From the NCBI RefSeq assembly GCF_001194135.2, contig NC_068995.1:15470624-15514960 (forward strand): a stretch of 44,337 nucleotides of DNA. Reading direction: 5' to 3'. Each line of letters begins with the position of its first letter. The stretch's first letter is position 1. Below, one piece after another: positions 20,952 through 31,695 of the stretch. A model generated the notes under the pieces. That model ran no database searches. It had not been told where the DNA came from and saw nothing but the letters and a program-made list of their open reading frames with translations. The translations under genes were made by a program, and so were the position numbers. The stretch is from Octopus bimaculoides (lineage: Eukaryota).

Positions 20952-21749
20952 NNNNNNNNNNNNNNNNNNNNNNNNNNNNNNNNNNNNNNNNNNNNNNNNN
21001 NNNNNNNNNNNNNNNNNNNNNNNNNNNNNNNNNNNNNNNNNNNNNNNNNNNNNNNNNNNNNNNNNNNNNNNNNNNNNNNNNNNNNNNNNNNNNNNNNNNN
21101 NNNNNNNNNNNNNNNNNNNNNNNNNNNNNNNNNNNNNNNNNNNNNNNNNNNNNNNNNNNNNNNNNNNNNNNNNNNNNNNNNNNNNNNNNNNNNNNNNNNN
21201 NNNNNNNNNNNNNNNNNNNNNNNNNNNNNNNNNNNNNNNNNNNNNNNNNNNNNNNNNNNNNNNNNNNNNNNNNNNNNNNNNNNNNNNNNNNNNNNNNNNN
21301 NNNNNNNNNNNNNNNNNNNNNNNNNNNNNNNNNNNNNNNNNNNNNNNNNNNNNNNNNNNNNNNNNNNNNNNNNNNNNNNNNNNNNNNNNNNNNNNNNNNN
21401 NNNNNNNNNNNNNNNNNNNNNNNNNNNNNNNNNNNNNNNNNNNNNNNNNNNNNNNNNNNNNNNNNNNNNNNNNNNNNNNNNNNNNNNNNNNNNNNNNNNN
21501 NNNNNNNNNNNNNNNNNNNNNNNNNNNNNNNNNNNNNNNNNNNNNNNNNNNNNNNNNNNNNNNNNNNNNNNNNNNNNNNNNNNNNNNNNNNNNNNNNNNN
21601 NNNNNNNNNNNNNNNNNNNNNNNNNNNNNNNNNNNNNNNNNNNNNNNNNNNNNNNNNNNNNNNNNNNNNNNNNNNNNNNNNNNNNNNNNNNNNNNNNNNN
21701 NNNNNNNNNNNNNNNNNNNNNNNNNNNNNNNNNNNATATATATACATAG

Positions 21750-21781
<32 letters not shown>

Positions 21782-22189
21782 ATATGTACACACCAGTAAT
21801 ATATTAGCTTCAACATAAAACTATTCTAACCAATAATATTGTATCTCTACTATCGATTGCCGCTTTCACAATCAATCTATTTTCTCAGAAGAAAAGATTA
21901 ATTCTTTAAAGCCCCATTAAAGCTACTGTTACTAACGTCGTTATGCGTACATAATTCCTTTTTAAATTTATCTCTACTGGTTTTCTGTAGAAATTAGAGC
22001 CATTACTGAAAGTTACGATGATTCGTTTACGAATACGTCTGTGTAAACAATGCGATCAAAAACAGAATAATAGGTACTGGATATATATGCATATTTCAGG
22101 AGTTATTGCCTTTTCTCTAGCACCACATCTAACCCATTAATCGTCCACGAACATTGCTTAAATAGTCACTAAGTTTAGCAGTGTAACAC

Positions 22190-22375
22190 ACTTTGGGCGA
22201 AATGCTTAGCGGCATTTCGTCTGTCTTTACGTTCTGAGTTCAAATTCCGCTGAGGTCGGCTTTGCTTTTCATCCTTTCGGGGTCGATAAATTAAGTACCA
22301 GTTGCGTACTGGGGTCGATTTAATCGATTGGCCTCCTCCCCCAATATTTCAGGCCTTGTGCCTAGAGAAGAAAAG
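22190..22375 (+). mobile_element. SINE family B (first of a tandem pair)
   Basis: GGGCGAAATGCTTAGCGGCATTTCGTCTGTCTTTACGTTCTGAGTTCAAATTCCGCTGAGGTCGG... Confidence 0.9.
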
Positions 22376-22395
22376 AAATTGAACTCATCTTTTAA

Positions 22396-22600
22396 GGCGG
22401 TGAGCTGGCAGAAACGTTAGCACGCTAGGTGAAATGCTTAGTGGTATTTCGTCTGTCTTTATGTTCTGAGTTCAAATTCTGCCGAGGTCGACTTTGCCTT
22501 TCATCCTTTCGGGGTCGATAAATTAAGTACCAGTTGCGTATTGGGTCGATCTAATCGACTGCCCCCCCCCCCGCAAAAATATCATGCTTAGAGTAGAAAA
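22396..22600 (+). mobile_element. SINE family B (second of a tandem pair)
   Basis: GGCGGTGAGCTGGCAGAAACGTTAGCACGCTAGGTGAAATGCTTAG... Confidence 0.9.
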
Positions 22601-22617
22601 GAATATACTTAGAAGTG

Positions 22618-22829
22618 TATTATGGCTGCATAACGGAATACGGTGTCTCTACCAGCAATTAATATGTGCTGGCTCTAATTTGCATAGAAAATCTGTAGGA
22701 ATAAATTTAAAAGTGAATGAGTCGCACTGCTAACACAGGTAGGACACAGTATAACCGTTAAACTTTTAATATACTTGGTAGTATATTATGGTTGCATAAC
22801 GAAATACGGTGTCCCTACCAGCAATTAAT
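22618..22829. repeat. 46-bp direct repeat, 166-bp period
   Basis: 22618-22663 vs 22784-22829: 43/46 identical. Confidence 0.92.
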
Positions 22830-23330
22830 TTGTATTTAATTCTACATTCAGTGAACCTTATCTCGACTTAGTACGGCCACTAACAAGCGCAGTTTGGTCA
22901 ATGATTATTTAATAATAGTGCAGGGACTTAAAATTCTGTTCAGGTCATTCCAATTTTGCTATCTTCAACTATACAGAGATGCAGTCATCATACACATTAG
23001 TCATTACATATATGAAAAGAATAGCATTGTACTGCCTATAAACATGATCGATATGAAGCTGAACAAACTGAGGGTCACTACAAGTACGTATTCGTCCATT
23101 CGAATTCTCATGATTATGAATACCCAAGCAGAAAACACAGCTATTTAATGTTTGTTTATTCTGCATAGGTTTCGAATCTCTTTGCGTGCGCGCCATGTGT
23201 GTATGCGTGCATGCTTAAAGAGAGCTAGTTTTAAAGACAGTTTACCTGCTTATAGTTTTATGTACTCGAACTAGAAAAAAAATCTGTGTTAACTATCATT
23301 CTTATCGATATACATTGTCTGCAGAAAAGA

Positions 23331-23375
23331 ACTAACTTCAACTCTAATCTTTTTTTTTTGCTCTCTACTTTCAGG
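23331..23375 (+). promoter_or_regulatory. Candidate 3' splice site (branch point, pyrimidine tract, CAG|G)
   Basis: ACTAAC at 23331-23336, then CTCTAATCTTTTTTTTTTGCTCTCTACTTTCAG|G with AG at 23373-23374. Confidence 0.4.
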
Positions 23376-24818
23376 TTTTGGTGATTTTTGGTGTAGAATG
23401 ACCGAGATACAGAAAAAAAAATGTTAGCACAGTTTCAGTACCTCATTCGTATAGCATTGACCAGGAAACTTATTTGTTTGAACAACTTAATTATCCCTAC
23501 CAAAATATAACTCATAGAAGCAGAAATGTTATTGGAAACATACAAATAGTAAAATGTTAGCAAAGCAAATGCTAAATTTCTCAACTGGAATCGTTGTTTT
23601 ATGAAGACACATCCTGTAAATCTATTATCTGCAAGTATATCAGTTTGAACACAAAATTTCTACGCTGTGTTAAACCGTCAATTTAATTTTTTCATTCCTC
23701 ATTTCGACACGGGGAACATTGGTAAAGAAATTTCGACTGTGCAAACAAAGTATTGTTCTTTCTATTATTTTTTACGCTTAGATGCTTTTCCGTGCATGGC
23801 TGAAGCTGCCAATAAATTATTCGATTTCATATGTTACTGCTGAACATGGTGAGCATCATATAACAAGCAGTTAGCTTCGGCCAAACTAAAAGCTGCGATG
23901 CGGTTTCAATCTATGCTTGGGGCTGTTTTATTTCATATACACTGCTAAACCTGCTGCGAAAGGGCTTGAGTGTCATTATGTTTCCATCACATATCCCTTA
24001 AACTATTAGAACGGATTTCTTAGTCATGAAAGTGAATTAATATGTTTAAATCAATAAGCCAAGCGAGATGGTGCAATGCCCTTTAACTTCACAGATCATT
24101 TTATGTTAGTGAGATTCATGCGGCTGAGGATTAGCTCGAGCATCTACAGGTCAATAACCATTTGAAAAAAGCATGAGCGAGTGTTAAGGGAAACGGCGGA
24201 ACGGGTGTCTGAATCCTCAATGTCCCAGGCGTGATGCTAAGCGATGAGATATGGTACACCTGTCACACGAATTATAAGACATCCAAATATTTAGAATATA
24301 ATAGTTTTCTTCATTAGCATAAGACTATTATAAAGGAAAGGAGAGAATGAGTCATTCTACTCATATATAAATCATACATACTAAACGCAAAGTTTTGTTG
24401 TCTCTGTCCACTACGCAAGTGGGTTTTGGTGTACCCCGGCCAGTATGTGACTCCTTAACCGTGTATAAATTTCTATTGCATAATAGAATTTGTCGTTATC
24501 TCTGTAGGTATATACATGTATTTTGCTGTTATATTAGTACTAATATCAAAAATAGCACCCATTTCTTCGCAGAGAGTAGTTTCAATCTTGAGATCGCTGG
24601 GTTATTGGTTCAGTGCACTTCCACTGTTCCATTCTGTTTAGTGAGTGATTTAATAACTATGTAGGTGCGGGCGTGGCTGTGTGGTAAGAAGTTTGCTTCC
24701 CAACCACATGGTTAGGGTTCAGTCCCGCTGCGTAAAACCTTAGGCAAGTGTCTTCTACAATAGTCTCGAGCTATCCTTATGAGGGGATTCGGTGGACGGA
24801 AACTGAAAGAAGCCTGTC

Positions 24819-24859
<41 letters not shown>

Positions 24860-24887
24860 CGTTTGGGCTTCTGCAGTGTGTGAATAG

Positions 24888-25273
24888 ATAACTGAAAAAG
24901 CTGGAGTCAACAAGGAGTACAGTTGGACATTTATTTTCAATCCAGAGCATCCTGTCTGTCTGTCTGTCGTGGCCTGGAGATAGTAGTAGTCACTGAGTGT
25001 ATCAAGAGATGTGTTGCAGCCTTCACTTAATGGTCACTACTAACTCCAGGCCATGACAAGCAGATAGAATGCTCTTGAAGCTGAGAATGTGAATTTACGG
25101 AGTCAATATTTACATATCGCCTGAGAAAACACAACTAGATCTCACAACGCAGGGAAATGGTTACATAACCAAATACCTGCAAGCCTGGAGAACTACGTTG
25201 CATGGAAACAATTGTAGTGATTGCAAATAAATGTTCAACTGTACTCCTTATTGACTCCAACTCTTTCAATTAT
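24888..25273. mobile_element. MITE-like element, about 386 bp, with 49-55-bp terminal inverted repeats
   Basis: 24888-24936 vs reverse complement of 25225-25273: 44/49 identical, extendable by about 6 bp inward; no coding capacity. Confidence 0.8.
24944..25075. repeat. Internal fold-back (about 40-bp arms)
   Basis: Core TGTCGTGGCCTGGAGATAGTAGT vs ACTACTAACTCCAGGCCATGACA 21/23; outer AGAGCAT/ATGCTCT. Confidence 0.9.
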
Positions 25274-26369
25274 ATGTATATATAATGTGTGTGTGTGTGT
25301 GTGCATGTGTTTGTTTCCCCCACCATAGCTTGAGAACCGGTGTTGGTTTGTTTGCATCCCTGTAACTTAGCAGTTCGGTAAAAGGAACCGATAGAATAAG
25401 CACCATACTTAAAAAAAAGAAAATAAGTACTGGGATCGATTAGTTCGACTAAAATTCTTCAAGGCGGTGCTCCGGCATGGCAGCAGTCTAATTACTGAAA
25501 CAAGTAAACGATAGAATATAAAAGAAAGTATACTGTATTATTTCTTTCACAGTCTGTTCTGGGCTATATTACTTTTATTATAGCATCCATCGTATAATAT
25601 TTATCTATTTGCTTATGTATTCATTTCTGTGTATTGGTCTGTATGTACGAAATATAGTAACTGCACAATACATGCTGCAGTATTGGGATATTAAGTTAGA
25701 AAGGCGTCATTTCACTCTGCCAATACTCTTAGAGTTATATTTGACAAACTACATGCACAGATTTACAAGTTGCAAATTTTTCTGGGTGTCTTTTCATTTG
25801 CCATTTTTAGTTCAGCCAGAAGCAAATCAATTCTTGTACATATTTAAATATGTATTATTCATGGTTTATAAATAATACATATTTTCGACTTCAGGAGACG
25901 AAGTACTTAGTCTTTCGCAGCGAAATTTGAACTTAGAAGTGTAGGATTTCAAAACTATATACAGCAAAGCATTTCACCTGACATATTCTAGAATATCTGG
26001 AAATATCAATCGAGAAATAAAAACCCAATTCTTTTCTTCAATCGCTTGGAGGTCGACATCTCTCTTGAGAGATCTATCAAAATATTTCTTTGTTTCAATA
26101 AAGTCTTAATATTTTATACGTTTCAGCCCAAAGGCTGTGGCCGTGATGGGGCACCGCCAGTAGTATTGATATTGTAGAGTCAATTGAAATGACTTCAATA
26201 TATTGGTTTATCGATCCTGGAATGTGAACTTGATAGAATTAGAATTTAGGACAATGTAATTCAAAAATATAGATTTGAGCCATGAACGAAACATGAATAT
26301 TACAACCCTTGCTGTCTATTCTATATCCATCTCTCTGAGGGAGACTAGAATAAAATAGAAGAGGTCGAA

Positions 26370-26586
26370 ATATTGGTTTCAAATTTTGACACAAGGCCAG
26401 TGATTTCGGGGGAGGGAGTAAATCGATTACACTGACCCCAGTGATCAACTGGTACTTATTTTATGGACCCCGAAGAGATGAAAGGTAAAGTCGACCTCGG
26501 TGGAATTTGAACTCCGAACGCGAAGATGGACGAAATGCCGCTAAGTATGTTGCTCGGTGTGCTACCGATTCTGCCAGCTCACCGCC
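26370..26586 (-). mobile_element. SINE family B, near full length
   Basis: Reverse complement GGCGGTGAGCTGGCAGAATCGGTAGCAC...GGAGTTCAAATTCCACCGAGGTCGAC...AAAATTTGAAACCAATAT. Confidence 0.9.
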
Positions 26587-27249
26587 TTAACAAGTCGAAA
26601 TATTGATGTTAGCGTCCTTTAGCTTTTAAATTAGTATTCATTCAGCAGACTTACCATCAAAAGTATTCCGTCTGTACAATCCCATCTTTTTCTGGACATA
26701 ATGTATCCAAGATTACATCACTGACTGAATATTTCCATTCATTTTGTTTTTAAAGACAGTAGAGAGTTATTTGAGAAATATTTGACTATTTTTTCTAGCT
26801 GGTTGAGCGACCATGTAAAGGCATTCTCGCTAGCTCATCAAACTATTGACAAACGTGGTTATTGTGGATTTTGTAGTTGTGCAGCGCAAGGTCGGCTCTG
26901 AACGAACAGATCTATATCCAAAGACATGCCAGTCTTCAACATTCCATTATTTTCCAAGCATCGTAATATCAAACTCTATATTATATTACCCACTGTATCC
27001 TATATTTATTTTCAGATACAGCAGGGTGTCAAATGAGAAAAATTTGGCTGCTATTTCTAGCAGACCGATCGATGATTTCTTTCATACAAGTCAATGTACT
27101 CCCGTTTTTAAAAAGTACATCTGTTTCCTGTGAATCAGTGTAAATATTTCTCTTTCTACGCAGGTCTCGCAAGATCATGAATCTACGCCAGCTGTATGCT
27201 TGTGGCAAACAATTTTTTTTTTTGAAGGAAGACCAACATTTGCCTATGC

Positions 27250-27420
27250 ATTCAGGATTACCTCTCCATGCCACTGGTACTTGTTCTAGGATGGGCCGAT
27301 ACCGCTTGATACCAGTGTCATCCAAGGAATTACTGTAAGAAAGCAAAGAGCCAGAACAGACATCACACGGCATCCCATCTGATGCTCTACTAAGTTCGCT
27401 AAATCCACTGCTTTGTACTG
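27250..27420 (-). mobile_element. Old SINE family B variant
   Basis: Minus strand TAGAGCATCAGATGGGATGCCGTGTGATGTCTGTTCTGGCTCTTT...AAGTACCAGT parallels the B consensus. Confidence 0.5.
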
Positions 27421-27439
27421 TCACCTTTTTTTTTTACTT

Positions 27440-27560
27440 CAATGGCTGCGAGAGAATGAAATCCACAGTTTATCTCGGTGAGATTTGAACTCAGAATGCA
27501 GAGAGGTACCGTTGAGTATTTTATCCGATTCGTTAACGACTCTGCCAATTCACTACCCAT
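27440..27560 (-). mobile_element. SINE family B fragment
   Basis: GTGAATTGGCAGAGTCGTTAACGAATCGGATAAAATACTC...CTCTGCATTCTGAGTTCAAATCTCACCGAG on the minus strand. Confidence 0.7.
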
Positions 27561-27994
27561 GAGGCCGATTGCCCATAACAGGAGGAGGAGGAGGAGGAGG
27601 AGGGAAATAGATGGCCATTTTAATGTTCATGCATCCAGGAAGTTTTTTAATAGTGTAAGTGAAGTGAATAGGCTGCAAGTGAGGTGTGTGTGTGTGTGTG
27701 TGTGTGTGTGATATTCAGGCATGCTAACATATTTGTCTCGACTCCGTGTTGGAAGTTTATGCTTGCTCTCTATGGTGTTTCAGGACAGAAGTGTGAAAAT
27801 ATTGATTTTTCTCTTCCGTCGAAGAATAAATTTAATTTTTCTTTTGTTTTGCTTAGTTTTATTTCTGTTTTGTTTATTTTTTTCTTTGTTACTTCAATTT
27901 TTATTTATCTATTTATTCATTATTATTATTTTTAGTTTTTGCTTTCTTATAATTTATTCATATCAGAAATGTACGGTTTCTGTCACATCAACTT

Positions 27995-28095
27995 AAATTA
28001 ACAACAACTGCAAACAGCAACAGCAACAACAACTGCAACAACAACAACAACAACAACACCAGCAATAACAACAACAATAATGATATTGATAATAA
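27995..28095. repeat. (CAA)n/(CAG)n/(TAA)n degenerate array
   Basis: Directly visible. Confidence 0.9.
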
Positions 28096-28894
28096 AGCGA
28101 AACCAAAACCAAAGAAACAAGTGTATTTAAAAATACTTCAATCCCGAAATATTTTGATAGAAAAATAATACAAAGATGTCATCTCGTCTACAACGTCCGT
28201 TACGAAGTTATTTTCTACAAGAACACTTTCATTTACACTGAGAGAAATTACCAGGAAATTGATTTTTGGATTATATATGCTTATATTTTCTATTAACAAA
28301 AAAGTATTTCCACTTGAATAGAAGCAAACTATAGGCTTTCTATATTAGCGGCTTGCACAAACTGGAATTAAGAAATATTAAGAATCACATACGAAGAATA
28401 GTCTCTTGTTAGCAGAAATGTTAGTGGAGGAGGTCGGATAAAAGACTGCTCCGATTAAGCGTGAAGAAGATTAGAGAAAAAAAATTATACCCATTCTTGC
28501 CTCTCGATGATAAGTATATTGAAAGAATTAATAATTTTCGCCCATTTATTGTCAATGAATGACAATAGTTCTAATAACAGCGGATCTCGTTTAAATGAAA
28601 GCTATTCATCATTCTTTTATTGAGCTACCTCGTTATTTTTTGATATGCTATTCATGCTGCTGTATTAAACAACGGAAGGACGGCGTGTGACTTAAAAGTG
28701 GGGACCGAAGGAAAGTAAATAAGCGTTCGGGAATTTGGCCACCACGTTATCACCCTTGATAACACTATTAGGAACTTTCTGTGTCTCAAAGTACAGAGTT
28801 CGTTAACAGGATCCAGCTCAAGATATATACCCTGTCCATTCGACCTGTCATTATTTTCTAAAACGTAGTAATAGTAGTAGTAGCAGTATTATTA

Positions 28895-29183
28895 CTAGGT
28901 CTCTTTGATGCTGTTGTAACCAGAACATGCTATGGCGATTATCAGGCAAGCTCTTTCTTTTTTATTGATTACAACAATGTTCGGTTTCCGATGTCTGGTC
29001 AGGTGATTGCACTGAAACGTTACATCCCACAGGATTTTGCAATCTTTATTCTCAGTGACTCCTTCTGCGGTTTGCTCATTTCATACCACGTCTTTGCTCT
29101 TTGTAGGTCGTGATTTGCACAGAGCTCCCAATGGATCATTCTTGCTACATTTTCATGGTGTCGTTTGTATTCTCGTTGTGCCA

Positions 29184-29184
<1 letters not shown>
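28895..29184 (-). mobile_element. R4/Dong-like RLE non-LTR retrotransposon fragment (copy 2, truncated at both ends)
   Basis: Minus strand LAQREYKRHHENVARMIHWELCANHDLQRAKTWYE / GVTENKDCKILWDVTFQCNHLTRHRKPNIVVINKKERACLIIAIAC, with one frameshift and the catalytic PD changed to PN. Confidence 0.85.
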
Positions 29185-29222
<38 letters not shown>

Positions 29223-29252
29223 GTTGTTGTTGTTGTTACTATTATTATTATT
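29183..29252. repeat. (TTA)n/(TTG)n tract between the two RLE copies
   Basis: Directly visible. Confidence 0.97.
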
Positions 29253-30250
29253 GCCTTTGCACAGCGTCTATCGCCGGAGATGTACTGCCGTGTCAGCTGT
29301 TCACTACCAGTGAACTAAGGTAACACCTCTTATTTTTCGAGCACCTTCAGGCGTATTCTAGCGGTTCCAAGCAGTACTGTTTTCTGCAAATGCTCCACCC
29401 TTATGGCAGTCCGTATTTGTTCCACGTACTTCTCGAGATTTTTGCTCACTGTTTCCAGGGTTCCGACGATTAATGGTACTACTGCTACCTTTTTCATCGA
29501 CAACAACTGCTTAACTTCCCAAGCTAACCTGTCATATCTCTCGATTTTTCTTTCTTCTTTATCGCATACCTTGTTATCAGCTGGGCATGCTATATCTATG
29601 ATCCAGCATAGTTTGTTTTCTTTCTCAACTAAGACTATGTCCGGCTTCCTATTCTCTATCTCATGGTCGCACTGAATCATAAGATCCCATAGGATCTTTG
29701 CATTTTTATATTCGACGATGCCTCCGGGTTTGTGGTCGTACCAATTTTTTGCTCTGTCAAGTTCATACTTGTTGTAAAGTGTCCAATGGACAATCCTTGC
29801 TATATTGTCGTGGCGTCTCTTATATTCCTTCTGGGCTAGTGACGTACATTGGCTGGTAATATGCCATTTGGTTTCACCATTTTGTCCACAGATTCTGCAC
29901 TTTTCACTTTCTGTTGTGTTGGCTATTCTGTATTTGATGTATTTTCTGTATTTTATTGTTCTTTGTGCTTGCTCTTGTGCAATACAGATTAGAGCCTCCA
30001 TTTCCGGTTTTAAATCACTTTTAGTCATGCACAATCATCTTTTTTCTCTGTCAGTCTTTTCTTCAACATCCCTATGAAATTGACCATGCATTCTTTTCTT
30101 TACCCACCTATTTTCAGTTTCATTCGTTTTCACTTTCTTGTACAGTGCTTTATCTTTGCAATCTTTCATCCTACACAAGCCTGGCCTTCCTATTTCTAAT
30201 AATAGCGGTTCTGCGGCATTTTTTTTACAAAGCTACAAAAAACCAAAACA
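29253..30250 (-). mobile_element. 5'-truncated R4/Dong-like RLE non-LTR retrotransposon (copy 1) with 3' UTR
   Basis: Upstream of the ORF, the same frame reads EPLLLE...WVKKRMHGQFHRD. The ORF contains the CCHC finger CRICGQNGETKWHITSQC, RRHD, ILWD and the PD-D-xK nuclease (RKPDIVLVEK...IIDIACPAD...KIERY..L); 3' UTR is about 77 bp. Confidence 0.93.
29330..30034 (-). pseudogene. Zn-finger plus restriction-like endonuclease domain of R4/Dong ORF (234-aa open stretch; RT missing)
   Basis: ORF track 29330-30034; motifs as above; an in-frame TGA just upstream and 5' truncation make it non-autonomous. Confidence 0.9.
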
Positions 30251-30252
30251 AA

Positions 30253-30315
<63 letters not shown>
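30253..30315. repeat. (ATT)n microsatellite at the 5' junction of RLE copy 1
   Basis: Directly visible. Confidence 0.97.
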
Positions 30316-30318
<3 letters not shown>

Positions 30319-30319
30319 A

Positions 30320-30660
30320 AAGCGTCGAGCTGGCAGAATCATTACCGTGTAGATAAAATAAGTACCATTTGAACACTGGAGTCGATGTAATCGACTATCC
30401 CCACCCCCCAGATTTCAGGTCTTGTAACTATAGTAGAAAGGGTTATTATTATCATTAAGGTGGCGAGCTAGCATTACGGCGCTGGGCAGAATGCTTAGCG
30501 GTATTTCTTTCTACTTTACGTTCTGAGTTCAAATTCCGCCGAGGTCGACTTTCTCTTTCATTCTTTCAGGGTCGATAAAATAAGTATTATTGGAGCACTA
30601 GGGTCGATGTAATCAACTATCCCCTTCCCAACAAAATCTAAGCCTTGTGACTACAATAGA
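30320..30660 (+). mobile_element. Two tandem SINE family B copies (30320-30440 internally deleted; 30459-30660)
   Basis: Both carry GAGCTGGCAGAATC/GAGCTAGCA heads and GGGTCGATGTAATC.ACTATCCCC 3' parts. Confidence 0.85.
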
Positions 30661-30664
30661 AATT

Positions 30665-30750
30665 TTTCTTCTTCTTCTTCTTCTTCTTCTTCTTCTTCTT
30701 CTTCTTCTTCTTCTTCTTCTTCTTCTTCTCCTCCTCCTCTTCCTTCTTCC

Positions 30751-30781
<31 letters not shown>

Positions 30782-31695
30782 CTTCTTCTCCTCCTCTTCC
30801 TTCTTCTACTTCTTCTTCTACTTCTTCTTCTACTTCTTCTTCTACTTCTTCTTCNNNNNNNNNNNNNNNNNNNNNNNNNNNNNNNNNNNNNNNNNNNNNN
30901 NNNNNNNNNNNNNNNNNNNNNNNNNNNNNNNNNNNNNNNNNNNNNNNNNNNNNNNNNNNNNNNNNNNNNNNNNNNNNNNNNNNNNNNNNNNNNNNNNNNN
31001 NNNNNNNNNNNNNNNNNNNNNNNNNNNNNNNNNNNNNNNNNNNNNNNNNNNNNNNNNNNNNNNNNNNNNNNNNNNNNNNNNNNNNNNNNNNNNNNNNNNN
31101 NNNNNNNNNNNNNNNNNNNNNNNNNNNNNNNNNNNNNNNNNNNNNNNNNNNNNNNNNNNNNNNNNNNNNNNNNNNNNNNNNNNNNNNNNNNNNNNNNNNN
31201 NNNNNNNNNNNNNNNNNNNNNNNNNNNNNNNNNNNNNNNNNNNNNNNNNNNNNNNNNNNNNNNNNNNNNNNNNNNNNNNNNNNNNNNNNNNNNNNNNNNN
31301 NNNNNNNNNNNNNNNNNNNNNNNNNNNNNNNNNNNNNNNNNNNNNNNNNNNNNNNNNNNNNNNNNNNNNNNNNNNNNNNNNNNNNNNNNNNNNNNNNNNN
31401 NNNNNNNNNNNNNNNNNNNNNNNNNNNNNNNNNNNNNNNNNNNNNNNNNNNNNNNNNNNNTCTTCTTCTTCTTCTTCTTCTTCTTCTTCTCCTCCCCCTT
31501 CCTTCTTCTTCTTCTTCTTCTTCTTCTTCTTCTTCTTCTTCTTCTCCTTCTCCTTCTTCTTCTCCTCCTCCTCCTCCTCCTCCTCCTCCTCTTCCTTCTT
31601 CTTCTTCTTCTTCTTCTTCTTCTTCTTCTTCTTCTTCTTCTTCTTCGTAGCTATAGTAGTAGTAGTAGTTGTAGTAGTAGTAGTAGTAGTAGTTG
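30665..31695. repeat. (TTC)n/(CCT)n polypyrimidine array spanning a gap, ending in (TAG)n
   Basis: Directly visible. Confidence 0.97.

Larger units (their letters stand above)
24664..25520 (+). mobile_element. SINE family A interrupted in its internal microsatellite
   Basis: 5' half at 24664-24856 (TGGCTGTGTGGTAAG..GGTTCAGTCCC...GAAACTGAAAGAAGCCTGTCG(TA)n); 3' half at about 25275-25520 ((TG)n..GTTGGTTTGTTT..TAACTTAGCAGTTCGG...GACTAAAA...AAGGCGGTGCTCC). Confidence 0.75.

Noticed and set aside
26648-26725. Minus-strand GTAAGT donor with possible exon
   Set aside because: Poor acceptor, all frames closed; LGYIMxRK resembles decayed RTE sequence.
27029-27424. 131-aa ORF and apparent exons on both strands (27228-27334 plus; 71-nt minus)
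   Set aside because: Sequence aligns by eye with an old family B SINE on the minus strand; the splice-like sites are likely fortuitous.
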